Assembly (NCBI GenBank): GCA_038143125.1
Contig: JAYQLJ010000006.1
Location: 73,557-137,556, forward strand
DNA length: 64,000 nt
Direction: 5' to 3'
DNA from: Cryomorphaceae bacterium
Lineage (GTDB): Bacteria > Bacteroidota > Bacteroidia > Flavobacteriales > Schleiferiaceae
Shown: positions 42,426-52,900 of the stretch, in pieces
Numbering within the stretch: position 1 is the first letter of the stretch
Layout of the letters: each line of letters starts with the position of its first letter
The notes under the pieces: model-generated
What the model was told of the DNA's origin: nothing
What the model saw: only the letters and a program-made list of their open reading frames with translations
Database searches by the model: none
Made by a program: the position numbers and the translations under genes

Positions 42426-42773
42426 ATGATTACAATTTACCATAACCCACGTTGCCAGAAATCGCGTGAAGCATTGGCACTACTGGAAGAAAAGGGTATT
42501 CAACATACCATTCGTCTGTACCTTAATGATGAGGAAAGCATGAGTGCGGCAGAATTTGAGGGCGTTTTAGATGCATTAGATATGGATGCGATAGACCTCG
42601 TTCGTAAGAATGAAGCCGTTTGGAAGGAAGAATATAAAACGTTGGAACTGGATGAAGATGAGATTATTCTCGCGATGATTGAACATCCAAAACTAATGGA
42701 ACGTCCTATCGTGGTCAATGGTGACCGTGCAGTAGTGGCGCGTCCGGCAGAAAAGCTTTTAGAGGTACTGTAG
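42426..42773 (+). CDS. ArsC/Spx/MgsR family protein (arsenate-reductase-like)
   Basis: Intact 115-aa ORF; ITIYHNPRCQKSREAL N-terminal motif. Confidence 0.75.
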   Translation: MITIYHNPRCQKSREALALLEEKGIQHTIRLYLNDEESMSAAEFEGVLDALDMDAIDLVRKNEAVWKEEYKTLELDEDEIILAMIEHPKLMERPIVVNGDRAVVARPAEKLLEVL

Positions 42774-42786
42774 AAAAATGCAGGCA

Positions 42787-42818
42787 CAAAAAAAGCCGAC
42801 CCATGGGTCGGCTTTTTT
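42787..42818. terminator. bidirectional intrinsic terminator
   Basis: AAAAAAGCCGACCC/GGGTCGGCTTTTTT perfect hairpin with A- and T-runs. Confidence 0.8.
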
Positions 42819-42836
42819 ATATCCAGTCGGCAGAAA

Positions 42837-43010
42837 TTATTCTGCTGTTTCGTCTTCTTTATGACCAATAAGCGCGTGTGCTAACTTAGGATTGATAGAC
42901 TCCAAGCCGATCAATGTCAACCAGTACCCAACAAAAAGGCCTAGAAAAGCCAACATTGAAAAGCCCATTAGTGCTACTACTAAGAATACGAGGAATCCTA
43001 AAAATTTCAT
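42837..43010 (-). CDS. small 2-TM membrane protein, hypothetical
   Basis: MKFLGFLVFLVVALMGFSMLAFLGLFVGYWLTLIG...; start chosen at the internal ATG 43010. Confidence 0.4.
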   Translation of the reverse strand: MKFLGFLVFLVVALMGFSMLAFLGLFVGYWLTLIGLESINPKLAHALIGHKEDETAE

Positions 43011-43073
43011 AGTCGTTGATTTAAGTCGGTGTAAAGATAGCAACACAAATCGTTCTATCGGAAATCTGTGCCT

Positions 43074-43081
43074 TAAATTTG
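43074..43081 (+). promoter_or_regulatory. candidate -7 promoter box TAAATTTG for fumC
   Basis: TAnnTTTG match 40 nt upstream of the ATG at 43121. Confidence 0.4.
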
Positions 43082-43120
43082 TAGTAGAAATAAAATCCTA
43101 TAATCACACAAGCGAACAGC

Positions 43121-44515
43121 ATGGAATACAGAATAGAACACGACACCATGGGTGAAGTAAAAGTGCCGGCCGATAAGTATTGGGGTGCACAAACGGAGCG
43201 TTCACGCAACAACTTTAAGATCGGGCCTGCCGGTACCATGCCGCTCGAAATCATTGAAGGTTTTGCCTATTTAAAAAAGGCTGCAGCGTATGCAAACTGC
43301 GACGCTGGCGTTTTACCTGAGGAGAAGCGCGATCTTATCGCGTCAGTTTGTGATGAAATCTTAGCGGGTAAGCACAACGACCAGTTTCCACTGGTAGTTT
43401 GGCAAACAGGCTCGGGTACGCAGAGTAACATGAACACGAATGAGGTCATTGCGAACCGAGCGCACGTCTTAGCTGGAGGTACTTTAGGTGATGGAAACAA
43501 TAGCATTCATCCAAACGACGATGTCAATAAGAGCCAAAGCTCAAATGATACCTTCCCAACGGGAATGCACATTGCGATTTATAAGAAAGTTGTAGAAAAT
43601 ACGATCCCCTCTGTTGAGCTATTGCGCGATACGCTTCAAGCAAAGAGTAAAGAGTTCTGGAATGTGGTGAAAATTGGTCGTACGCACCTTATGGATGCGA
43701 CGCCGCTGACTGTAGGTCAGGAGTTTTCTGGCTATGTAAGCCAATTAAACCATGGACTTAAAGCTTTGCGCAACACGCTCGATCACATGAGTGAAATTGC
43801 ATTGGGCGGAACAGCTGTGGGTACAGGAATCAACACACCTGAAGGCTATTCGGAAACAGTGGCAAAGTACATTGCGGAATTTACCGGAATGCCATTCCGT
43901 ACTGCTGAAAATAAGTTTGAGGCACTTGCGGCGCACGATGCGTTAGTTGAGACGCATGGCGCATTGAACCAATTGGCTGTAAGCTTGAATAAGATTGCGA
44001 ATGACATTCGCATGTTGGCTTCAGGTCCGCGTTCAGGTATCGGGGAACTCATTATTCCTGCGAACGAGCCGGGATCGTCCATCATGCCTGGCAAAGTAAA
44101 TCCAACCCAGGCTGAGGCCATCACTATGGTGTGTGCTCAGGTCATGGGCAACCACACTGCTGTGACTATCGCCGGTGCTCAAGGTCATTATGAACTCAAT
44201 GTTTTTAAGCCGGTCATGGCTTATAATGTGTTACAGAGTGCAGAGCTTATCGGCGATGCTTGTGTGAGTTTCAATGATAATTGCGCAGTAGGTATCGAGC
44301 CAAACTACAAGGCCATCGAGAACCATTTGAATAATTCATTGATGTTGGTGACTGCTCTGAATACGAAGATTGGTTACGAAAAAGCCGCGAAAATCGCGAA
44401 AACCGCACATGAAAATGGTACAACTTTGAAAACGGAGGCCGTCAACCTGGGTTACCTGACGGCAGAAGAGTTTGATCAGTGGGTTCGTCCAGAAACCATG
44501 GTTGGCAAACTGTAA
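43121..44515 (+). CDS. fumC: class II fumarate hydratase
   Basis: Intact 464-aa ORF; [13 protein letters not shown] signature and typical N-terminus [25 protein letters not shown]. Confidence 0.95.
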   Translation: MEYRIEHDTMGEVKVPADKYWGAQTERSRNNFKIGPAGTMPLEIIEGFAYLKKAAAYANCDAGVLPEEKRDLIASVCDEILAGKHNDQFPLVVWQTGSGTQSNMNTNEVIANRAHVLAGGTLGDGNNSIHPNDDVNKSQSSNDTFPTGMHIAIYKKVVENTIPSVELLRDTLQAKSKEFWNVVKIGRTHLMDATPLTVGQEFSGYVSQLNHGLKALRNTLDHMSEIALGGTAVGTGINTPEGYSETVAKYIAEFTGMPFRTAENKFEALAAHDALVETHGALNQLAVSLNKIANDIRMLASGPRSGIGELIIPANEPGSSIMPGKVNPTQAEAITMVCAQVMGNHTAVTIAGAQGHYELNVFKPVMAYNVLQSAELIGDACVSFNDNCAVGIEPNYKAIENHLNNSLMLVTALNTKIGYEKAAKIAKTAHENGTTLKTEAVNLGYLTAEEFDQWVRPETMVGKL

Positions 44516-44536
44516 CAGCTGAGGTTGTTGTAAATC

Positions 44537-44573
44537 AAAATCCCGCGGCTCGAAGAGCCAACGGGATTTTTTT
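44537..44573. terminator. bidirectional intrinsic terminator
   Basis: AAAATCCCGCGGCTC-GAA-GAGCCAACGGGATTTTTTT long hairpin between convergent genes. Confidence 0.75.
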
Positions 44574-45992
44574 ATTTCACTAATACTGAATCTGCTTCTA
44601 AACGAAGTGCTAGCCAATTCGCTAGTTGATGTGCTTTTTCACTTCGAGCACTATCTGAAAGCTCCGGCGACCATTGGATGAAAGCAACCGGTAATCTCGA
44701 GCCTGAGGTTGAATCGGTGATCCCACTTTGCAGCGTTCCTAGCGATTAGGCTCTTACCTCGGGATAATTGATTTGAACCTCTTTGGCGAGATTCGCAGGA
44801 ATTAATTGGCCCTCGAGCAAAGCGAGTTCTGCTTCAAGCGCGGCGATTTTATCCGAATAACTCTTTGCTTCGGCACGTCCTTCAGAATAGAGGTTTACAA
44901 GTTTTGACAGTTCCATTAAACTCTCATTTCCATTGTCGCCTTGAATGATGGAAAGGCTGCCTTTAAACTTATCTGTGAAGATGGATTCCCATTGAGACAC
45001 CAGGTCTTCAGGAATGAGTTCGCCAAACAAAACAATATTGACCTCCGGCAGTCCTCCTGCAAAGGTGATTTCTTCTTTAACCACCTCAGTTCCGGGATAA
45101 ACGACTGTTTCCTCTACAAAGTTGTGCACTTTCGTTTGTGCCAGCGTATTCGTTACGGTGCGGTAAAAGATCCAAATGGAAGGAACGATCACCACAATTA
45201 AGGCAATAGAAAACATCCGCTTCGTTTTCTTTTCGCGAATGGGATCCATTAGGGTGACCATAGGGAATCGCAAATAGCGAACAACAATAGTAGTTGCCGG
45301 CAATGAGTACACTGTTGATTAGAAAGAGGTAGAGTGCTCCAAAAAAATAACTCCATTGTCCATGTGCTAAGCCAAATCCAGCAGTACACAACGGTGGCAT
45401 CAAAGCTGTAGCAATGGCCACACCTGGAATAACATTTGATTTTTCTTTACGCGACCCGGCTAAAATACCCGCGAGGCCACCGAAAAAGGCTACAACAACA
45501 TCAAGCAGCGTAGGGTTTGTCCGGGCAAAAAGCTCATTTGAAGGAGTGGAGATGGGACTAATGGCAAAATAGAGCGCTGAAACGATCAATCCAATACCCA
45601 CTGCAACCCCAAGGTTTTTAATGGACTTTTTAAGGAGTTTAAAATCATTGATTCCTAAACTAAGCCCTACGCCCATTATGGGCCCCATCAAAGGTGATAT
45701 AACATCGCGCCTATGACAACGGCAGTAGAATTCACATTGAGTCCAATGGAGGCGATAACAATACTGAACATGAGAATCCAAAGTGCAAAGCCTCTGAATT
45801 CGACATCTTTTTTGATGCCTTCAATCGTATTTTCAGGCTGCGCAAAATCTAACAATGAAAAGCGCTCTCCTAGAAAAAAGTGATGACAGAGCTGAATTGT
45901 TTCCAGATGCTTTTCAATACACTGGCTGTGGTGTTGGTGGCTGGTGCTGCTTCAGCAGCACGCTCCTCCATGGAAGTGTGGTTCTCGTTCAT
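44572..45992 (-). CDS. DUF389 (TIGR00341-like) membrane protein; several frame breaks plus one in-frame TAA
   Basis: ATG 45990-45992 ([14 protein letters not shown]...), then [40 protein letters not shown] (track ORFs 45086-45781 and 44746-45312), TAA at 44746-44748, and 57 further in-frame sense codons ending at 44572 beside the terminator. Confidence 0.65.
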
Positions 45993-46028
45993 TAACGGTG
46001 TTTAAGCGCGTACTTAAACATAGCAAAT

Positions 46029-47115
46029 TTATACGAATGCTTCGCCCAATTCTATTTTGACCGCTTTTACAATCTGTTTGATTGCCTGATCATTGCCTTG
46101 GGGAAAGGTTAAGGTGGTCGATGCGGTCTGTACAATGATCTTATCATGAAGATCAGTAAGCACTAAAGCTTTGTCTTTCGTTGCGTTAACGACCAGGCAA
46201 GAGGTACAATTTTGAAGTAAAACGTGCGCTCCGACGACGACATTCTCTGCGGCATCTTTTGTGCCTAAGTCGTAAATGGCCCCCCAGTTTCCTAAATCTG
46301 ACCATCCCATTTCTGCAGGGATTACGCAGACTTGGTCTGCACGTTCCATAAGTCCATAGTCGATGGAAATATTATCACACTCACCGTAAATTCTTTCAAT
46401 ACTTGCTTTTTCGTAGGCGGTGTCCAGATCATTCCAAGTCTCACCTAAGGTGGTCATAAGTTCTGGTAAATGGGTATCTAAACCACGCGATAAGGCATCT
46501 ATGTTCCAAATAAACATGCCTGCATTCCACAAGAAGTCGCCACTTTCTAAGAACTTCTTAGCGTGTTCTAAGTCGGGTTTTTCGGTAAACGCCTTTACGG
46601 CAAAGCTGCCGTGATCATCTCCTAAGGTTTCATTGTATTGAATGTAACCGTAGCCGGTTTCCGGTTTATGCGGTTGAATTCCAATGGTTACGAAACAATC
46701 CGATTCTTCAGTTTTTGCTAATCCTTTTCGAACCGTAGTCTCGAAAGCTTCTTCATCCGTTATGAGGTGGTCCGCCGGTGTGATAAACATGTTTGCATTA
46801 GGATCGCGCTTTTTGATTTTTAAAGCAGCATATGCAATACAAGGGGGCGGTATTTCTGCGAAGAGGTTCTAGAATAATGTTCTGTTCAGGAAGATCTGGT
46901 AAATGTTCCTGGGTTAAGGCAGCATAATTCTCGTGCGTAACGACCAGTATGTTTTCGGGTTCAAAAATGCGGCGTACACGATTATACGTCTGTTGCATTA
47001 AACTCTCGCCCGTTCCTAAGAAATCTAAAAATTGCTTTGGGGTCTTTTCTGTGGACATGGGCCAGAATCGGCTCCCAATTCCCCCAGCCATAATGACACA
47101 ATATGGAGTACGCAT
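46029..47115 (-). CDS. manC: mannose-1-phosphate guanylyltransferase, one frame break
   Basis: 46798-47115 (VIMAGGIGSRFWPMSTEKTPKQFLD) and 46029-46790 are in different frames. Confidence 0.75.
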
Positions 47116-47233
47116 GGTTTGGTTCAGTGTTTCAGTGTGTTGTTGGTTCGAGAAATATCCTCAAATCGGTTACGAAACTACGATTTTCTCGCTTTGCGCG
47201 GTATCTTCGTGTCCCTAATTAAATGCTATTTCC

Positions 47234-47804
47234 ATGTTAAATCTAGTCCTGTTCGGCCCTCCAGGGGCAGGTAAAGGAACACAAAGTGCCTTTTAGTAGA
47301 ACGTTACCACCTCGTCCATTTAAGCACGGGAGACCTTTTTCGTTACAACATTAAAAATGAAACGGAATTGGGCGTTTTAGCGAAGTCTTACATGGATAAG
47401 GGCCAATTGGTACCGGACTCTGTCACCATCTCTATGCTTGAAGATGCCGTAAATAAAACCCGGAAGCAAAAGGTTTTATTTTTGACGGATTCCCGCGCAC
47501 GAATGCACAGGCAGCCGCGCTCGATGCATTTTTAAATAGCCAAAAGACGGGCATTACCAGTATGATTGCTTTAGAAGTTCCAGAAGATGAACTTCGTGTG
47601 CGACTTGCAGAGCGTGCAAAAACCTCTGGCCGTCCTGATGATGCTGATCCTGCAGTTATTCAGAATAGAATCGATGTATACAACAACGAAACAGCACCGG
47701 TGAAAGCGTTCTACGATGCCCAAGGAAAATACAAAGGCATCAACGGCGTAGGCTCAATCGAGGAAATTACTGAACGACTGGTAGTTATTATTGACACACT
47801 TTAG
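47234..47804 (+). CDS. adk: adenylate kinase, two frame breaks
   Basis: [20 protein letters not shown]|[17 protein letters not shown]...AVNK|[15 protein letters not shown]...[11 protein letters not shown]...; continuity is restored by adding one T to the run at 47291-47294 and one A to the run at 47455-47458. Confidence 0.9.
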
Positions 47805-47834
47805 ACCATTGGTCGACACTTCACAATACAATCG

Positions 47835-47842
47835 TATTTTTG
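47835..47842 (+). promoter_or_regulatory. candidate -7 promoter box TATTTTTG upstream of obg
   Basis: TAnnTTTG match 43 nt upstream of the ATG at 47885; an imperfect hairpin (47846-47880) lies between and may also terminate adk. Confidence 0.3.
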
Positions 47843-47884
47843 CAAAGCAGTTTCCCAGTTAAGGGAGGCTGCTTTTTTCACATT

Positions 47885-48867
47885 ATGGCTGGAAGCAACT
47901 TCATAGATTACGTAAAGATTTACTGTAAAAGCGGGCGTGGTGGCCGTGGATCCACACACCTACTGCGCAACCGCATGACCTCAAAAGGGGGCCAGACGGC
48001 GGTGACGGCGGTAGAGGTGGACACGTGATTGTTCGTGGTAATGCTCAAATGTGGACCTTATTACCACTTAAGTACCAGAAACACATCAAAGCCGCTTCAG
48101 GCGAGAACGGTAGTGGTCAAGAGCGCACTGGTGCTAATGGAGAAGACCGTTATATTGAAGTTCCTCTAGGTACTATTGCTAAGGATGAAGAAACAGGCGA
48201 AGTACTCTTTGAAATCACTGACCATGGACAAGAACATATACTTGTGAAAGGCGGTCGCGGTGGATTAGGTAATGTACACTTTAAGAGCTCGACCTTTCAG
48301 ACGCCAAGGTTTGCTCAGCCTGGTGAGGATCCAGTAGAAGGATGGTTTATTTTAGAACTGAAGGTCCTTGCTGATGTTGGCCTTGTAGGATTCCCTAATG
48401 CAGGTAAGAGCACCTTATTAAGTGTTGTGAGCGCAGCCAAACCGGAAATCGCGAACTATCCCTTCACAACACTAGTGCCAAATTTAGGCATGGTAATGTA
48501 CCGCGATGCACGTTCTTTCGTTATGGCAGATATTCCGGGTATTATTGAGGGCGCTGCAGAAGGAAAAGGATTGGGTTATAGGTTTTTGCGTCATATTGAG
48601 CGCAATGCTTTATTGCTGTTCATGGTTCCTGCGGATGCAGACGACTACGCGAAGGAATACGAGATTCTCTTGAATGAATTGGTAAAGTATAATCCAGAAT
48701 TAGCAGATAAGGAACGGATTTTGGCCATTACGAAAAGTGATATGATCGATGAAGATCTTCAGAGTGAAATCGCAGCACAGTTACCTTCGAATATTCCACA
48801 CCTTTTTATTTCATCCGTTGCGGGTAAAAATATCATGCAGCTGAAGGATCTAATCTGGGAAAATTAA
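47885..48867 (+). CDS. obg: GTPase Obg/CgtA, one frame break
   Basis: [23 protein letters not shown]...SKGG|[16 protein letters not shown] restored by adding one C at 47992-47993; G-domain [11 protein letters not shown]. Confidence 0.9.
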
Positions 48868-48880
48868 ATGCGCCTGCCTA

Positions 48881-49411
48881 ATGTTTGAGCAGTTAAATAG
48901 CCTTGATACGAGTGCATTACTTGCATTAAATAGGCTGTTTCCTGCAAGTAGCGATACATTTTGGATTGCGGTTACGAAAACCATCAGTTGGTTGCCCTTA
49001 TATGCTGTGCTCATTCAGAGGCTCTACAGTTCAAGCAACAGGGTCTTGTTTGTACAGCGGCTTGCACTGGTGGTACTGGGGGTGTTGCTGTTTGATCAAG
49101 GCGCTGAGTTTTTTAAATACACGCTTGAACGCCCCAGACCATGTCATGGAGTAGAAGGTTTGAGAGTTTTAGCACATTGCAGTCCATTTGGGTTTTTTAG
49201 TGCCCATGCAGCAAACAGCTTTGGACTTGCGTTTCTTTTTCGAAAATGGTTGCACTCAAGCTGGTTCCCAATCCTATTACTTGTGGCCATCCTTCAAAGT
49301 TTTTCACGTATTCATTTAGGCGTACACTATCCATCAGATTTGCTTGCCGGAGCACTATGGGGATTTCTCATTAGTTTCGTCTTACATAAAATCGAATCTA
49401 CATGGAGTTAA
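48881..49411 (+). CDS. PAP2 superfamily phosphatase
   Basis: Intact 176-aa membrane ORF; PSGH-like FFSAHAANSF and SRIHLGVHYPSD motifs. Confidence 0.75.
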   Translation: MFEQLNSLDTSALLALNRLFPASSDTFWIAVTKTISWLPLYAVLIQRLYSSSNRVLFVQRLALVVLGVLLFDQGAEFFKYTLERPRPCHGVEGLRVLAHCSPFGFFSAHAANSFGLAFLFRKWLHSSWFPILLLVAILQSFSRIHLGVHYPSDLLAGALWGFLISFVLHKIESTWS

Positions 49412-49416
49412 ATGCA

Positions 49417-49791
49417 ATGGCCTATCTGGCAGTGTTTGTAGGCGGTGGAGGTGGTTCTGTTCTGCGATTTGCAATGTCAAAGGCCATCGTCGCAAACGAA
49501 TGGCTTCAAGGCCACTGGGCTACATTACTCATTAATGTTCTAGCAAGCATTGTCTTAGTCGTCATTGTCGATGCTTATGACGATAAGTCTAAACTCTTGT
49601 ACTTATTACTTTTAGGAACTGGATTTTGCGGTGGGTGGTCCACTTTTAGTACTTTTTCGATGGAGACGATCCACTTGCTTAGTGCGGGAAGAATGATAGA
49701 GGCCGTTCTTTATGTGAGTCTATCTGTACTTCTCGGTGTAGGAGCCGCCTTTGCTACCGTGGTTTGGCTCAGCCGTGAACACACATCGTAA
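49417..49791 (+). CDS. crcB: fluoride ion channel CrcB/FluC
   Basis: Start MAYLAVFVGGGGGSVLRF; GFCGGWSTFSTFSMET motif; 4 TM. Confidence 0.85.
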   Translation: MAYLAVFVGGGGGSVLRFAMSKAIVANEWLQGHWATLLINVLASIVLVVIVDAYDDKSKLLYLLLLGTGFCGGWSTFSTFSMETIHLLSAGRMIEAVLYVSLSVLLGVGAAFATVVWLSREHTS

Positions 49792-49794
49792 TTG

Positions 49795-51968
49795 CTAGCG
49801 AAGCAAACTGAGGTGGCCTCGCTTTTCGATCAATTTATCATTCTGCCCTTTCGCAAAAACCGTCCAGGTATACACCCTTGAATGGCTTCTTTTCCGTTGG
49901 GATGCATACCGTCCCAACCTGTTGATGGATCAGTAGTTTCGAATACTACTTCTCCCCAACGATTAAAAATTTTGAAACTAAATTCTTTGATTCCAACAGC
50001 GGTCGCAAAGAAAATTTCATTCTTCCCATCACCGTCTGGCGTGAAGGCATTAGGAACGAAAATGAGGGTCTCTGGATTGATTCGAATAGTTGCCTTGGAA
50101 GTATCTGGACAATCAAACGTATTTATAACCACATGTTCCACCTCAAACCAACCGGTGTCGGTGTAGGGAATGATTGAATTGGGCTTGATTGTAATAAATA
50201 CTACCATCACCCATGTTCGTTAGGATATCGTCTGTAGGATCAGCAGCTAAGTCCGTGATTTCAATATTCGAAGTGTAAATGGTGGCGTTCGTAGGATCTG
50301 CAACGAAGGAACTGGTTGGTGATGGATATACCGTAATGAAATCGGCATAAGAAACAGTGATTGTATCCGTGCATCCTTCAATGAAATAAATAGTGAGGTT
50401 TAAATCATAGGTTCCCGGATTGGCATAGGTATAGACAGCATTGCTATCATTGCTCAACACACCATCCCCGAAATCCCAATTGTAAATGACTTGCCCGTCT
50501 GTTATCGTGCTGTCCCAGAAGGCAACGGTAAATGGTGCACATCCTATTTGGTTTTCAACACTAACGTTGGTTTCGGGTCTTCTATAGATGCGAATCGTAT
50601 CAAGAAACGTGTCCTCACAACCGTTTTCTTCAATGGTAAGACTGACATAGTGATCCCCAAGTATTAAATACGATGGGCGGTGGATTCCAACCGGTAAATG
50701 TTGGAATGCTTGCATCAAACCGAAGTCCCAATTTGCCACTGCATTTCCTCCGTTTGAACTTTGATTTTGGAAGGTGATTAGGTTTTTCATCAAAACAAAC
50801 GGGTCCGGTGAAAGAAAAGGCAGGATTTACAGGATTGTAAAGTTCATAGGTGACTTCTGCGGTATCTGTACAAGGGTATCCGGATTCAAAATCAATTGAA
50901 TGGTATAGGTACCCGTATCGCCATAAGTATAGGTAGGGTTTTGACCCGTGGCCGAAGCGCCTTGATTGTTTGGGTCATTGAACAACCAAAGGTAGTTCGT
51001 CCCATTGTAGGAACTGTCTAAAAAGGTAACCGTGGTTCCATTACATATGGTATTGGGCTGAAAATCTTGTGGGGTTGGATTGGAGACTACATTGCTCTGA
51101 CAAACCATTACATTGAACTGATAATCCCGCCTTAGCGTTGAAAGCAGGACGCCATTCGAGTCGTATTCCTCCGCACACACGGCGAATACGTATTGCCCTA
51201 CACCAGTTGGAGTTCCCGTGAGTATACCCGTACTGCTATTGATAGCGACCGTAGGAGAGGTGGGTATCGGTAACCTGTGGAGTAAGGAAAAAAATGGAAC
51301 CGGGGTATAAGGTGGAGCGCTGGCGGGTTAGGTGCAGGACTATTTTGCGAACCGCCGTGTAACGGTTGACATAAAGAATAAAAAACACTATCGCCGTCCA
51401 ATTCTAAAACAGCGAAATTAATATTCAAACTGTCGTCCTTACACATGACAATAGGTGGGTCTGAAATAAAGCGCAACTGCTGTTACAGACAGAATCTTGT
51501 GGAGGTATTTTAATATAATAGGAACTGCCCCAAGTACCTGAATTCGCAACATTTGAAATGGTGTTGTTTCTACAGCAACGCTGGTACGTAATGGTGTATC
51601 CGTGGGTCGCTGGCTGCAAGGTTACGTTCGTCGTGTAGGTCGCTTTTTCCGTACAAACATTTGGCGGTGTTTGGAGGCAAGGGTTATTTACCACTGCGGG
51701 TATCCCTACAATGGGTCCCGCGCGCCACCATCACGGTTTGAACAACTGTATTTTGATTGGGACCGCCGTAAATGGTTATAGGTGCTTGCATGTCGAAAGG
51801 CGCGCCGCTCGAATTGCAATCCCGATAAATCGTCAGTCGTATTTGGTAGGTATTGCCATTCGTTCCCGTTCCCACACATTTATAGGAGATTTCACCACCC
51901 ACTAAATGCGCTGCCTTCGATGAGAAGGAGAGAAGAAACAGGGTGATAAATAGAACGATTCTACGCAT
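49795..51968 (-). pseudogene. secreted PKD-domain protein with type B T9SS C-terminal domain; at least 8 frame breaks
   Basis: Six track ORFs (51684-51968 with signal peptide and HLVGGEISYKC down to 49830-50210) plus hand-found breaks at 50874-50876, 50783-50787 and 49875-49877; PKD motifs NWDFGDG; C-terminus VPNAFTPDGDGKNE...; reconstructed end GVYTWTVFAKGQNDKLIEKRGHLSLLR* with stop at 49795-49797. Confidence 0.7.
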
Positions 51969-52005
51969 GGTTTAAATCTACCAATAATTATGCCCCAACA
52001 AACAA

Positions 52006-52897
52006 TTAGAGTATGGCTAAAGTTCTCAGTGGTAGCACATGCTCAAAACCATTTTCCTTTAACCACTGCTGATTTTTAGAATAACGGGTGACTAACACGA
52101 AATCACCGCCCCAACCACCTAAAGCTCTTCACCGCCCCGTTGTATCCTTTGAAGAGGTGTTCACTCACGGGCAGAAGTCCTAAATGGCCTCCAATAAGTT
52201 GTTCGTGTTCTCGCATTACAGATTCTAACGCTCCATAGTGGATGCGTTAATAAAGGCAGAGGTGAGTGTTGATTTCTTGATTTGCTGCGGGTTAAAGGGC
52301 TGTTTTTGGACTAAGGCTAAGCTTTCAGAAGTCAATTGTTCTTACCGCTGAAAACGAAGGCGAGATCATCCCCAAAATCCGCAGACCAGGTAATTGGGTG
52401 TGGCTTCAGCGGAACCTTTTTCGATACGATAAAGAATGGCGCCTTCAGCAGATGCACATGCCAGGTCGTATCCGCTTCCGCCGTGCGCTTCATGAAAGAA
52501 ATCTAGAGGATCTAGATTCTGCGAATTGAGCAAGTAAACTGGTAAAAGTACTGGAGGAACCTAGACCCCAACTGCGGTCAAATTCAAGATGAGTTTCAAA
52601 ATGAAGTCCACCCGTTAGTTTATCGCTGTTAGCCGCTACAATTTGAAGTTGCTTTACCAGATGTTGGGCTTCCTTTTGGCTGGTCCGTTTTTACTATTTC
52701 GAGTTGTGAACTAAGCAGTACATCAAGCCAACAGTCGCCTTGAACGGTATATGCTTGCCAGTGAATGTTTGGCGAGTCAAAAGATCGAACATGCATCTTT
52801 TGGCCTAAAGTTGTAGGTACGGCTAAACCAGTCGCCCCTGGGTAATGGCATATTCTCCAGTGAGTAATAGCTTGCCGTGGGCATAAAATTCCTTCAC
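52006..52897 (-). pseudogene. GYDIA-family GHMP kinase (mevalonate-pathway kinase), at least 6 frame breaks
   Basis: No ORF of 60 aa or more on either strand, but minus-strand fragments chain: KEFYAHGKLLLTGEYAI, GLAVPTTLGQKMHVRSF, WGLGSSSTFTSLLAQFA, HGGSGYDLACASAEGAILYRIE, REHEQLIGGHLGLLPVSEHLF, GGWGGDFVLVT, ending LRTLAIL*; lies directly downstream of HMG-CoA reductase. Confidence 0.65.
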
Positions 52898-52900
52898 TGT

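Noticed and set aside
47117-47140. Short direct repeat TTCAGTGT-TTCAGTGT in the manC/adk divergent intergenic region as a regulator site
   Set aside because: It is only two 8-mers, with no partner elsewhere in the window and no associated regulator. There is too little evidence.
48867-49417. Fluoride riboswitch upstream of crcB
   Set aside because: crcB overlaps the preceding PAP2 gene, and only 13 nt separate PAP2 from obg. There is no room for a leader and I saw no crcB-motif-like structure.
50827-50829. In-frame TAA in the T9SS-B gene as a possible real nonsense or readthrough site
   Set aside because: The alternate frame between 50783 and 50876 encodes typical PKD-linker sequence (DTPCTDTAEVTYELYNPVNPAFSFTGPVCFDEK). 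The stop is therefore a by-product of two nearby run-length errors.
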